A stretch of DNA of 64,000 nucleotides from an uncultured Acidobacteriota bacterium (GTDB lineage Bacteria > Acidobacteriota > UBA6911): assembly GCA_963827655.1 (NCBI GenBank), contig CAWHCF010000052.1:64001-128000 (forward strand), in the 5' to 3' direction. Both the position numbers and the translations under genes were made by a program. The notes under the pieces are model-generated. The model searched no databases and had not been told where the DNA came from. It saw only the letters and a list, made by a program, of their open reading frames with translations. This document shows, piece after piece, positions 40,910 through 50,994 of the stretch (positions are counted from its first letter, which is position 1; each line of letters starts with the position of its first letter).

Positions 40910-41757
40910 TGAAGCGTCCCCGAAGGCTGCATGTCCCGCGAGGCACTACGGTAGCCTTCCAGGGTGAACTGGGAGCGTTCAGCCACGACGCGACTTACAA
41001 GATCTTCGGACGTGGCATAACACCCGTCCCTTGCCACACCTTCGAGGATGTCTTCGACAGCGTCGCGCGCAAGAGGTGCGCTCTCGCCGTCATCCCCATC
41101 GAGAATTCCCTGGCGGGAAGCATTCACCAGAATTTCGACCTGTTGGCCAGGCACTCGTTGGATGCCGTCGGTGAGACTTACGTCCGCATCGAGCACAGCC
41201 TGATCGCTCATCCTGGCAGTCGCCTTGCCCAGATCAAACAGATCTATTCTCACCCCGTCGCCCTGGCTCAGTGCCAGAAGTTCCTCCGCAGGCTCAAGAA
41301 GGCTGAGAAAGTCTCGTTTTATGACACGGCCGGCAGCGTGAAATTTATTCGGGAGCAAGGATCAAAGACTGCGGCCGCCATCGCATCCGAAGGCGCAGCC
41401 CGCATCTACGGCATGAGTGTGCTGCGGCAAGGCATCGAAGATAACCGGGAGAACTATACCCGGTTCCTGGCGCTGGCGCGGCGCGGCAGGTTCAAGCGCG
41501 GCGGGGGAAAGACTACACTCGTCTTTGGTCTGAAAAACGAACCGGGCGCGCTGTTCAAGGCCCTGTCCGTTTTTGCGCTGCGCAATATCGACCTGACCAA
41601 GATTGAGTCTCGCCCGATCCACGGCAACCCATGGGAGTATCTCTTCTACATCGATCTGCACAGCGACATCCGCAGCCGGGAATGCGCCCATGCCCTGAGG
41701 CACCTTCAGGAAATGACGCCTTACTTTCAGATCCTCGGGTCGTATCCCACATTCTGA
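40909..41757 (+). CDS. pheA: Prephenate dehydratase (monofunctional, PDT plus ACT)
   Basis: VAFQGELGAFS, PIENS, SHPVALAQC, NYTRFL, LTKIESRP; TAATG overlap with leuB. Confidence 0.94.
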   Translation: MKRPRRLHVPRGTTVAFQGELGAFSHDATYKIFGRGITPVPCHTFEDVFDSVARKRCALAVIPIENSLAGSIHQNFDLLARHSLDAVGETYVRIEHSLIAHPGSRLAQIKQIYSHPVALAQCQKFLRRLKKAEKVSFYDTAGSVKFIREQGSKTAAAIASEGAARIYGMSVLRQGIEDNRENYTRFLALARRGRFKRGGGKTTLVFGLKNEPGALFKALSVFALRNIDLTKIESRPIHGNPWEYLFYIDLHSDIRSRECAHALRHLQEMTPYFQILGSYPTF

Positions 41758-41809
41758 GAGATGTCGAAAACACTCGCCGGATGAATGTTCGCACACCGTC
41801 CCGGTGTCA

Positions 41810-42527
41810 AACCCACCCTCGAGCACGGAGGCGAGCGACCCGCCTGGAACGAAAACCAGTCCCCGCCAGTGGTGGATCTCCCCCTGAGGTACCGCGGCCG
41901 GGCGGCCGCTCGCGTCAGGCGTGCTCAGCGGCTCGATCGGCATCTCGCCCCGAAACGCCCGCGCGCGCATCCCTGGGTCGATGCCCGCAAAGCCGCGCGG
42001 CCCGCTCAGTTCCATTTGGATGCGGTTCTCAGTCAGCCGCACGTAGTTGTCCCAGGCCGCAACGGTCACGGGCTCAGCTCGGCGGCCTCGGCGCGGGTCG
42101 CCGTGGCGCAGAGCGCGAGAACCGAAAGGCGGAAGACAAGCCGGTCAGTTGCCATGAAGTTCAGAACCGAGCACGCTGCAACCGCGATCAGGGTCGCGGC
42201 CAGGTAGTGGAGCCGCAAGCCTCCGACCAGCGCTGCCATCGCGGCCAGGTTGCCGCCAATCGACACCGCGCCGGTTGTCAGGTTGAAGCGAGCGAGCCGG
42301 CCCATCCATCCCGAGGGGTTAGGCCGGGTCCGGTCGCTCCAGGTCCAGCGCTCGTGCCAGAAGAAGTTGTGGAGGATCGCTCCTTCGACCGCGAGCGCCG
42401 TGGCCAGCAGGTAGTTGAAGCCGCCGACCGCCATCAACAGCCAGAGCAGTGCTGCCTGGACGCCAAGTCCGAGCGCACCAACCACATTGAATGCGCCCAA
42501 GCGCGTCATCGTCCGGTAATGCGTCAT
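41810..42527 (-). pseudogene. GtrA-family protein probably fused to a 3'-truncated conserved exported domain (frameshift ~42068)
   Basis: GtrA pattern FNVVGALG..LHNFFWHERWTW..LNFMATDRLVF, then AEAAELSP|VTVAAWDNYVRLTE..VPQGEIHHWRGLVFVPG in the next frame; the recognisable sequence stops near 41815. Confidence 0.65.
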
Positions 42528-43204
42528 GGCTGCAGCCGTTCCTCGTGGTAAAGCGCTCGCGCGTTTCGAACCGCCGAGACAGTGAGCGCAATCATAAGGC
42601 CCGCGATCGCGACCACACCACCGATGTCGAACAAGCGGAAGGGACCGTACGAGCCCAGCCGGACCAGCGGGCGATAGAGCAGATAAAGGGTGCCGATGGC
42701 GAGGGTAATGCGCAGCTCAGTCGGGCCGAAGCCGAACGACGAGAGCCGGAAGATGCCGCGCGCGTATGTGGCGAGGAACGACTCGGCCATGACCATCAGA
42801 TAGGCGACCAGCAGTCCGAGAGCAACCAGCGGATTCATGTAACCCGAGAGAGCCAGTCCGCCGAACAGAAAAAGCGCGCTGAGGCTGTCGACGACGTGGT
42901 CGACGTAGAACCCGTAGCGGGGACGTTCGCGCTTACGGACGCGGGCGACGGTGCCGTCCAGGCTATCGCCGAACCAGTTGAGCGCCAGGCTGGCAACAAC
43001 CAGAATGAGGGCGCCCTCGTGATACCGCGATGCCCAGTAGGCGCCCCCGGCCAGGAGCATCGCGACCAGACCAAGCGCCGTCAGATGGTCGGGCCCAATC
43101 CAGCCGGGCAGGCGCTCGGCCATCCAAACGAGGGCAAGTTTCTCACTGCGAGCGAGCAGGCTGCGGTGCTCGCGGACATGGTGGGTGATCGACAGGGTGT
43201 TCAT
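42524..43204 (-). CDS. CDP-alcohol phosphatidyltransferase family protein
   Basis: PDHLT and the signature DSLDGTVAR......RYGFYVDHVVD. Confidence 0.9.
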   Translation of the reverse strand: MNTLSITHHVREHRSLLARSEKLALVWMAERLPGWIGPDHLTALGLVAMLLAGGAYWASRYHEGALILVVASLALNWFGDSLDGTVARVRKRERPRYGFYVDHVVDSLSALFLFGGLALSGYMNPLVALGLLVAYLMVMAESFLATYARGIFRLSSFGFGPTELRITLAIGTLYLLYRPLVRLGSYGPFRLFDIGGVVAIAGLMIALTVSAVRNARALYHEERLQP

Positions 43205-43370
43205 TCTTTTTCCTCCAGCCAGGGTCCATGCAATTGTGGGATCAGTTCGGATCCGCGGCTGGAAGATACGCGCATTCAAGCAGAAGCGCCGCGCCCGTTC
43301 CGGCCGTCCGGCCTCAGCGGCGACCATCTTCCTGGCATCTGGCGAAAGTCCTGGCACTCCTGCGAGTGAT

Positions 43371-43440
43371 TCTTAACGTCTTCGTATCTTGGTGGTTAGC
43401 GCTCCCGAACAAATATCACTTAAGGCGCGAAGGCGCGAAG
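43371..43440. repeat. 8-mer-array hairpin (family A)
   Basis: GTCTTCGTATCTTGGTGGT-TAGCGCTCCCGAACAAAT-ATCACTTAAGGCGCGAAGGCGCGAAG. Confidence 0.8.
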
Positions 43441-43461
43441 GGGTAAAATCATTGCGTTGCC

Positions 43462-44389
43462 ATGGTCGAAGCCAAAGAATCTTCGAATCCTTTCACGATC
43501 CTGACCGGCGATCCCGGTGTGCGAAACGTTCGCCGGCCACGCCCGGACTGGCTCAAGGTGCGCCTGCCAGGGAGCGAGGGCTATTTCAATCTGAAGCATC
43601 TCGTGCGTGACGCACCGACTCAATACGGTGTGCGAGGATGCCAGATGCCCCAACATTGGAGAGTGCTGGGGAGCCGGCACGGCAACTTTCATGATTCTCG
43701 GCGATGTGTGCACGCGCGCCTGCAAGTTTTGCGCGGTTAAGACCGGCCTCCCAACCGGCTACGATCTCGACGAGCCTCGAAGGGTAGCCGTGGCGCTTCA
43801 GAAACTCGGTCTCAAGTACGCCGTCATAACCTCGGTCGATCGCGACGATCTGGAGGACGGGGGGGCCTACATTTTTGCCGAGACCATCCGCCAGACCCGG
43901 GCGGCCTGCCATGGAATCAGAATCGAGGTTCTGATTCCCGATTTCAAGGGTGACCGAAGCGCCCTTCGCACCGTCGTCGCCGCCCGGCCGGACGTTCTGG
44001 CTCACAACATCGAGACTGTGGCCAGGCTCTATCCAGTCGCGCGCGCCGGGTCGCGCTACAAGCGTTCACTCGAGCATCTATCGAATGCCAAGTCCTTCGG
44101 GTTCGAGGTCACGACCAAGTCAAGCATCATGGTCGGACTGGGCGAGAGAACCGACGAGCTTCTGGAGGTAATGAACGATCTTCGGGAATCTCGCGTCGAC
44201 ATTCTGACCCTGGGACAATACCTGCAGCCGACCAGGGAGCACCTTCCGGTAGACCGCTTTTATACACCGCAAGAATTCGCCGATTTTCGCGACTACGGAC
44301 TGTCACTCGGCTTTCGGCACGTTGAAGCCGGGCCGCTGGTACGCTCGTCATACCACGCGGAGAAGCAGGCGCAATCGACCGCGATTTGA
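43462..44389 (+). CDS. lipA: Lipoyl synthase (frameshift near 43610, probable sequence error)
   Basis: RPDWLKVRLP in the first frame; TVCEDARCPNIGECW, CTRACKFC and GPLVRSSY in the second. Confidence 0.94.
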
Positions 44390-44397
44390 CCCTGGGT

Positions 44398-44440
44398 GTT
44401 CAATCGTAAATCGTCAATCGTAAATCGTAAATCGTCAATT
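44398..44440. repeat. 7-mer array (family B), solo arm
   Basis: GTTCAATCGTAAATCGTCAATCGTAAATCGTAAATCGTCAATT. Confidence 0.9.
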
Positions 44441-44478
44441 GGCTGCCCGCTGTGCTATCATGCCGGCATCGACTCCCG

Positions 44479-45789
44479 ATGCGTATGAGCCCATCAGCCC
44501 GAATCGCGTTTCTTGTTTCGGTACTGGTGTTTCCTGCCGTCCGGCCTGCCTGGTCAAAAATTGCTCGCATCGATCTGAACCGTGCGATCGACCCCATCAC
44601 GGCTGAGTTCGTGGTGAATAGTATCGAGCGGGCTGAACGCGAATCCGCTGAATTCCTCATGATCCGAATTGAAACTCCCGGCGGGTTCGCGAGCTCCATG
44701 GAACAGATCATCAGCCGCATGTTGAGCAGCAGAGTCCCGGTTGTGGTTTATGTCACCCCGAGCGGAGCCAAGGCAGCCTCGGCAGGTTTCTTCATCCTGC
44801 TCGCGGCCGACGTAGCCGCGATGGCGCCTGGCACGAACACGGGAGCCGCCCATCCTTTGATGGCCATCGGCGGTTTTCCCGTGGACGGCGGAGAAGCGGG
44901 AAAGACTTTGAAAGACAAGATCACGAGCAATGCCACGGCCTTCTTGCGCAGCATCGCGAGCAAGCGGAATCGGAACGTCGTCGAGGCGGAGAAGGGAGTA
45001 ATCGAAAGCAAATCGTTTACCGATGGGGAGGCGCTCGAGAAGAACCTGATTGATCTGGTGGCGAAGGACGAATCGGAGCTCTTGAGCCGGCTCCAGGGCT
45101 ACAAAACTCGAATGTTTTCGGGAGAGGAACGAATCCTCAACCCGGCCGGCCAGGCAGTTACCGATTACGACATGACCGCCCGGCAAAAGTTCTTATCAAC
45201 GATTTCACAGCCAAATCTGGCTTTGCTCCTCGGGCTGGCCGGGTTGATTCTTCTTTACTTCGAGTTCTCGAATCCGGGTTTCGTGGCTCCGGGGGTAATT
45301 GGAGGCATCTGCCTGCTTCTCTCCATTCTCGGTTTTTCTTTTCTGCCCATTAACTATGTAGGCGTGCTGTTGATCCTGTTCGCCATCGCGCTCTTTGTCG
45401 CGGAAGTCAAGGTACAAGGCTTCGGGGTCCTGGGTTTTGGCGGAATCATTTCGCTGGTGATCGGGATCCTCATTCTCATCGACACCCCCGATCCTGCGGT
45501 CCGCATCGGTCCCAAGACCGCGATCTTAGCGGCATTGCCGTTCGCGGTAATTTTCACCATCCTTCTGGTCGCTCTACTTAAATCGTTCAAGCAAAGAGTG
45601 AGCACCGGAAACGAGGGGATGGTCGGGCTGACAGGGATCGCCGACAACGATATTGACGCCAAAGGCCGGGTGCGGATCCGGGGTGAATACTGGTCGGCCC
45701 GCGCCGATGCTCCAATTCCAGCGGGAAGGCCCGTAAGGGTGGTCGGCGTCGACAACCTGACTCTGCGGGTCGAGGAAGTTCGGAACTAA
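44479..45789 (+). CDS. nfeD: NfeD-family membrane-bound serine protease (long form)
   Basis: TPGG, PSGAKAASAG, MAPGTNTGAAHP, TM bundle, C-terminal OB fold GRVRIRGEYWSA; upstream of an SPFH gene. Confidence 0.92.
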   Translation: MRMSPSARIAFLVSVLVFPAVRPAWSKIARIDLNRAIDPITAEFVVNSIERAERESAEFLMIRIETPGGFASSMEQIISRMLSSRVPVVVYVTPSGAKAASAGFFILLAADVAAMAPGTNTGAAHPLMAIGGFPVDGGEAGKTLKDKITSNATAFLRSIASKRNRNVVEAEKGVIESKSFTDGEALEKNLIDLVAKDESELLSRLQGYKTRMFSGEERILNPAGQAVTDYDMTARQKFLSTISQPNLALLLGLAGLILLYFEFSNPGFVAPGVIGGICLLLSILGFSFLPINYVGVLLILFAIALFVAEVKVQGFGVLGFGGIISLVIGILILIDTPDPAVRIGPKTAILAALPFAVIFTILLVALLKSFKQRVSTGNEGMVGLTGIADNDIDAKGRVRIRGEYWSARADAPIPAGRPVRVVGVDNLTLRVEEVRN

Positions 45790-45837
45790 CCGCAACATCA
45801 AAACCCTTCTACGTGCTCTTCTGGGGGAGAGTGGTTC

Positions 45838-46599
45838 ATGGAAAACAATCTGTTTCTCTATCTCGGCTTGGGAATCGTTCTGTTTTACCTGTTGAGCACG
45901 GTCAATATCCTCAAAGAATACGAGCGAGGTGTTGTCTTCAGGCTGGGCCGTCTTCAGCCGCAGGCATCGGGACCGGGCGTGGTTTTTATCTTCTGGCCGG
46001 TTTACAAAATGGTTCGCGTCAGCTTGCGCACGATCACGTTGGAGGTTCCGCCCCAGGACGTTATCACGCGCGACAATGTTTCGGTTAAGGTTAACGCCAT
46101 TGTCTATTTTCGCGTCATGAATGCCCCTCGCGCCGTTGTTGAGGTTGAGAACTATCTCTATGCTACCTCGCAGCTCGCCCAAACTACGCTGCGATCTGTT
46201 TTAGGGGAGGTCGAGCTTGACGATCTCCTGAGCCGCCGCGAAACCTTGAACGTTAAACTGCAGGAAATTCTGGACCAGCAGACCGACGCCTGGGGGATCA
46301 AGGTGAGTCTGGTCGAGGTAAAGCAGGTGGATCTGCCACAGGAGATGCAGCGCGCCATGGCCAAACAAGCTGAAGCCGAGCGCGAGAGGCGCGCCAAGAT
46401 CATCCATGCCGAGGGGGAGTCTCAGGCCGCGGCAAAACTCGCGGAGGCAGCTGCCGTTATGTCAAAAGAACCGATTGCCATACAGCTCCGCTATCTGCAA
46501 ACCCTGACCGAGATCGGAGTCGAGCAAAACACGACCGTGATTTTCCCGATTCCGATTGACGTGATTCGCGTCTGGCTGCAGGGGAAGTCTCAGGGCTGA
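45838..46599 (+). CDS. SPFH/stomatin (slipin) family protein
   Basis: [52 protein letters not shown]. Confidence 0.94.
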   Translation: MENNLFLYLGLGIVLFYLLSTVNILKEYERGVVFRLGRLQPQASGPGVVFIFWPVYKMVRVSLRTITLEVPPQDVITRDNVSVKVNAIVYFRVMNAPRAVVEVENYLYATSQLAQTTLRSVLGEVELDDLLSRRETLNVKLQEILDQQTDAWGIKVSLVEVKQVDLPQEMQRAMAKQAEAERERRAKIIHAEGESQAAAKLAEAAAVMSKEPIAIQLRYLQTLTEIGVEQNTTVIFPIPIDVIRVWLQGKSQG

Positions 46600-46627
46600 A
46601 TTCCATCGCGTCGGTTCTTGAGTTGAA

Positions 46628-46722
46628 AGTGTTTTTAGTGTTCTTCGCGTCATCGTGTCTTCGTGGTTAGCGCTGCGGAACAAATACCACGAAGACACGA
46701 AGACACAAAGAAACACTAGGAA
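46628..46722. repeat. 8-mer-array hairpin (family A), best-preserved copy
   Basis: TAGTGTTCTTCGCGTCATCGTGTCTTCGTGGT-TAGCGCTGCGGAACAAAT-ACCACGAAGACACGAAGACACAAAGAAACACTA. Confidence 0.9.
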
Positions 46723-46756
46723 TCTTGAGTTGCCCCGGATATGATATTATCTCGCC

Positions 46757-47434
46757 ATGGATCGACAACCGGTGGAGCCTGGCTTCGAGTTCGTCCTCGA
46801 CAATCGCAAGCTGATTGTTATCTTTGCCCTGCTCATGGCGGTTTGCGCCGGTTTTTTCGTTTTCGGATTCGTCGAAGGCAAGCGCCAGGCAGTCCAATCC
46901 GAGGTTCCGAAAGCGCCTCCTGCGCCATCTAGTGTCGAGACGCCCCCGGCCCCGGCTTCCGCCGAGGGGAATAAAGTTCCCTCAAATCCCGCTCCGGCTG
47001 CCGCGGAACCTCCGATTCGCGACCAGCTGGAATGGTATAAAAACGTCAAAGATCGTCCGGAATCCGCTGCCAAGCGGAAGGAATCCCCGGCCCGCGCCAA
47101 GGCCGCGAAGAAAGGCGAACCCACAAGCACGACCGGCGCTGCCAAGCCTGAAACCAAGACTTCGCTTCCTGCGGACTCGAGCGTCGGACTTCCGCCGGCC
47201 AACAAGGCGACCTATTCAGTTCAGGTGGCTGCCTACCGGAACCGGCGAGATGCCGAGGCCCGGGCCGCGGTGTTGAAGTCCAAGGGTTACGAATTCACCA
47301 TCGAGCCCTCGAGTACCCAGGAGCTCTACCAGGTGAAGGTCGGACGATTCGACTCCCGAGCCGAAGCGGCTGACATGGAACTCAAATTAAAGCGCGACGG
47401 GTTCAGCACACTCATCAAGAAGACCAATCCCTAG
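46757..47434 (+). CDS. SPOR domain-containing membrane protein
   Basis: N-terminal TM, Pro/Ala linker, YSVQVAAY..A..LKSKGY..YQVKVGRF..AEA. Confidence 0.88.
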   Translation: MDRQPVEPGFEFVLDNRKLIVIFALLMAVCAGFFVFGFVEGKRQAVQSEVPKAPPAPSSVETPPAPASAEGNKVPSNPAPAAAEPPIRDQLEWYKNVKDRPESAAKRKESPARAKAAKKGEPTSTTGAAKPETKTSLPADSSVGLPPANKATYSVQVAAYRNRRDAEARAAVLKSKGYEFTIEPSSTQELYQVKVGRFDSRAEAADMELKLKRDGFSTLIKKTNP

Positions 47435-47435
47435 C

Positions 47436-48962
47436 GTGCCGATCCCAGCGTTCAAGCTGCTCTGGCTGCCCGCAGTATCGGGCCTTCTCCTGTTTTGCTC
47501 CTTTCCCACGATCAACCAGGGCTACCTGGCATGGGTAGGCCTGGTTCCTCTGGTTATTTACCTTTTCTTTTCCAGCGGGCCTGGACCGGCGTTCCTGGGT
47601 GGTTTCATCACCGGCAGCGTCCAGTTTTTCGGCTTGCTGATCTGGATACCGGCGGTGCTGGCGCAGTACGGCGGAATTCCCGTAGTTCTTGCCTGGGTCC
47701 TTTACGGGTTGCTGGTGGCGATGCAGGCGTGCTACGCCGGAATCGCGTGCGCTTTGACCCGCGTCTGCATGAAGCGTACCGGTGATGTCTTTCTGCTTGC
47801 TTTTCCGGCGGCGTGGGTAGCGCTGGAATACGTTAGAAACTTCGTTATCTTCGAAGGTTTCCCCTGGCTCCAGGTCGGATATTCCCAGACCGAGTACCTG
47901 CCGCTCATCCAGATCTCGGATCTCACCGGGGTCTATGGCGTCTCGTTCGTGATCTTGTGGATAAACACAGGCATCGCCTGGACCATTCTGAGATTCGGAA
48001 GAAAAAATGCTTTCGTACCGATCGTCGCGGGCGCCATGCTCGTTGCAGGAACCATCGCGTACGGACATCAGGCGCAGGGCCACTGGGTAAACTCGACCCC
48101 CGTCGCCCGGGCCGCCCTGCTTCAGGGAAACCTCTCTTTCGAGGAGCCGGACAACGTCCTGGCCTGGAAATTCCAGCACGGCTACGCAAAGATGGCAGCC
48201 CAGGTCTCGGCTTCGAAGGTGGACCTGCTGGTAATTCCCGAATCCCCCTCGCCTTTAACCTACCAGTATGATACTGCGTATCGTCAGACCATCCAGGATC
48301 TTGCCCGCCAGTTCCGCTATGGAGTGATTTTCAACAACATCAGTTTCGCCGATGGGCAAAGCGCGACGCGCTACTTCAACAGCGCTTATTTCCTCGATGG
48401 ACAGGGAAGAGAAGCGGGACGTTACGACAAGATTCACCTGGTCCCTTTTGGCGAATACATTCCGTGGTCACGGATTTTCTTCTTCGCCGAGTCCGTAACC
48501 AAAGACGTGAGCGCCTTCACTCCCGGAACTAACTATCGAATTGTCCACATGGGCGGGCACCCGGTGAATGCCGTGATCTGCTTCGAGATCGTTTTCCCCA
48601 ATCTGGTCCGGGAGTTCATCCGGCAAGGGAGCGAACTGATTGTGAACCTGACAAACGACGGCTGGTACGGGGACACTGCCGCCCCCCACCAGCATCTGGC
48701 TATGTCGCGCTGGCGGGCGGTCGAGAATCGTCGCTACCTGATTCGAGCGGCCAACACGGGCATCTCCGCCGTCGTGGAACCCACCGGACGCATTCAGGTC
48801 AGGACGGCGATCTTGCGCGAAGAGGTGTGCGTCGGGAATTTCGCCTTTATAGCGGAGCCGACCTTCTACTCCCGTCACGGCGACTTATTCGCAATCGGGT
48901 GTGCTATCATTATGTGTCTTTTGCTGGCCCTGGGGTTCCGGCCCCGGAGGAGTAAACTCTGA
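47436..48962 (+). CDS. lnt: Apolipoprotein N-acyltransferase
   Basis: GFPW..GY, QGN, PES, YDKIHLVPFGEY, ICFE, TNDGWYG, RAVENRR..RAANTGIS. Confidence 0.95.
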   Translation: MPIPAFKLLWLPAVSGLLLFCSFPTINQGYLAWVGLVPLVIYLFFSSGPGPAFLGGFITGSVQFFGLLIWIPAVLAQYGGIPVVLAWVLYGLLVAMQACYAGIACALTRVCMKRTGDVFLLAFPAAWVALEYVRNFVIFEGFPWLQVGYSQTEYLPLIQISDLTGVYGVSFVILWINTGIAWTILRFGRKNAFVPIVAGAMLVAGTIAYGHQAQGHWVNSTPVARAALLQGNLSFEEPDNVLAWKFQHGYAKMAAQVSASKVDLLVIPESPSPLTYQYDTAYRQTIQDLARQFRYGVIFNNISFADGQSATRYFNSAYFLDGQGREAGRYDKIHLVPFGEYIPWSRIFFFAESVTKDVSAFTPGTNYRIVHMGGHPVNAVICFEIVFPNLVREFIRQGSELIVNLTNDGWYGDTAAPHQHLAMSRWRAVENRRYLIRAANTGISAVVEPTGRIQVRTAILREEVCVGNFAFIAEPTFYSRHGDLFAIGCAIIMCLLLALGFRPRRSKL

Positions 48963-48990
48963 GCAAAAAAGAAACCCACAGGAGGACAGG

Positions 48991-50110
48991 ATGCTCGAGG
49001 AATTGCGCGACAAGGTTAATGCCATCGATGAAAAAATAGAACAGATTCGAGGTTATCTTTGATGCGGAGCACAAGCGCGGCGAGATCCTTGAGCTCGAAA
49101 AACAGGTGGCAAGACCGGAATTCTGGGACAACCAGGAAGAGGCGCAGGCAACACTGCAGAATCGGCGGCGGCTCGAGGAGGACGTGGAACTAGACACCAA
49201 ACTGGCGCGCGACATTTCCGACCTTCACGCCCTTGTCGAACTGGCGGTGGAAGGTGAAGATGTCCTTAACGACCTTGCCGTCGAAGTGGATCGGCTGGAG
49301 AAAGAAGCCCAGCACACCGAGATCCGGATCTTGCTGGCCGGTGAGCACGATCGCTCCAATGCCATCATTACCATACATCCCGGCGCCGGCGGAACCGAAT
49401 CCCAGGATTGGGCCGAAATGCTGGTGCGTATGTACCTGAGGTGGGCGGAGCGGTCGGGATACGTCACCGAAATGTTCGACTACCAGTATGGAGACGAAGC
49501 CGGTATCAAATCGGTGACCTTTCTCGTGAAAGGAGAGCTTGCCTACGGCAACCTGACGGCGGAGAGCGGCGTGCACCGCCTGGTCAGGATTTCCCCGTTT
49601 GATGCCGCTGCGCGTCGCCACACGAGCTTCGCTTCAGTCTTCGTATATCCCGAAATTGACGACAAGATCGACGTGCAGATCGAAGAGAAAGACCTGCGTA
49701 TCGATACTTATCGATCTTCCGGCGCGGGGGGCCAGCATGTGAATGTCACCGACTCGGCGGTTCGAATCACTCACATTCCCACCGGGATCGTGGTCCACTG
49801 TCAGAACGAGCGGTCTCAGATCCGCAATAGGGAAATGGCCCGCAAGATTCTGCGCGCCCGGCTCTACGATCTGGAGCTGGAAAAGAAACGCCAGCAATTG
49901 CAGGAGGTCGAGGACACGAAACTCGATATCGCATGGGGAAGTCAGATTCGATCCTATGTGCTGCATCCATATCGAATGGTTAAAGATCATCGCACGAAGT
50001 ACGAGACCTCCGACACTGACCGGGTCCTCGACGGCGAGATCGACGAATTCATTTATCAGTACCTGGTCCATCGCGGCGTCAAGAAGCGCAACGGCGGAGG
50101 CAGGGCTTAG
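48991..50110 (+). CDS. prfB: Peptide chain release factor 2 with programmed +1 frameshift at 49057-49062
   Basis: ORF0 MLEELRDKVNAIDEKIEQIRGYL ends GAGGT-TAT-CTT-TGA; the +1 frame continues DAEHKRGE.. to SPF and GGQ motifs. Confidence 0.96.
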
Positions 50111-50175
50111 CGATTTCGGTCTGCGTGGTGGCTGTCGTTAATCTATAAGGACACGAAGCCGCAAAGAAACACAAA

Positions 50176-50898
50176 ATGGAATCGAGAGAATTGTCCAGCT
50201 TGAAGCACCAGGCCGTCCCGATGCGCGGCGAGCAAGGGTTTTGGGGTCTGTCGCACATTTCTCGAGTTCAAGCCCGCGTCTATATGGCCCTCCTTGTGGT
50301 CGTGGTCGTCATAGGCCTCCCACTGCTCGGGATCCCTTCGCTTCGCCATCGGCTCTACACGCGGATCCACGCGCTTTATGAAGCCACCGGCCCTCTCGCG
50401 TCGCCGCCGATCTGGGCAAAAGTCGGAGAGAACCGTCACCCGTTCCCCGCGGAGTTCGAGCGTCCGGTGGTGACCCGCTCACCGTCAGCGTTACCGGGAA
50501 TGATTGATCTCACTAACAGGGTCTACCGCCCACCAGTAACCTCTTCACCGCCCGACGCCTCCAGCACGCCTGCTCCCGAATCCCAGAGTTTGCCTGAAAC
50601 CAGCGTCAGCGACGACCAGGCTCCGCCTGAATTCAGGCAGGGAAAGATCGAGCAGGAGGCCTACGACATTCTTGTGCGCTCGAGCGAAACTATTGCCGCA
50701 ATGGTGAAAGGGGGCAATCCGTCGCTGCGCTTCAAGGCCTGGTCCGCCGCGAAAAGAAGCTCAGACGCCTTTCTCGTGGACCTCACATTTACACAACTCG
50801 CAGACAACAAAGAGGTCCATTATATTTGGGAAGTGAAGATGTCTTCCAAAGAAGTGAAGCCCGAGAGTTACAATGCGCGCGCCCTGGCGCGGCCCTAA
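50176..50898 (+). CDS. hypothetical membrane-anchored protein
   Basis: 240-aa ORF with one TM segment (MALLVVVVVIGLPLLG) and a Pro/Ser linker; co-oriented with its neighbours. Confidence 0.65.
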   Translation: MESRELSSLKHQAVPMRGEQGFWGLSHISRVQARVYMALLVVVVVIGLPLLGIPSLRHRLYTRIHALYEATGPLASPPIWAKVGENRHPFPAEFERPVVTRSPSALPGMIDLTNRVYRPPVTSSPPDASSTPAPESQSLPETSVSDDQAPPEFRQGKIEQEAYDILVRSSETIAAMVKGGNPSLRFKAWSAAKRSSDAFLVDLTFTQLADNKEVHYIWEVKMSSKEVKPESYNARALARP

Positions 50899-50903
50899 CC
50901 TTT

Positions 50904-50992
50904 AGATTGACGATTTACGATTGACGATTGACGATTTACAATTGAATCCGTGAGGTTCAATCGTCAATCGTCAATCGTAAATCGTCAATCGC
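50904..50992. repeat. 7-mer-array hairpin (family B)
   Basis: GATTGACGATTTACGATTGACGATTGACGATTTACAATTGAA-TCCGTGAGG-TTCAATCGTCAATCGTCAATCGTAAATCGTCAATC. Confidence 0.92.
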
Positions 50993-50994
50993 AC

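Noticed and set aside
24767-50992. Heptamer arrays as a CRISPR array or DGR template/variable repeats
   Set aside because: No unique spacers, no cas or reverse transcriptase gene, and no adenine-specific mismatch pair in the window.
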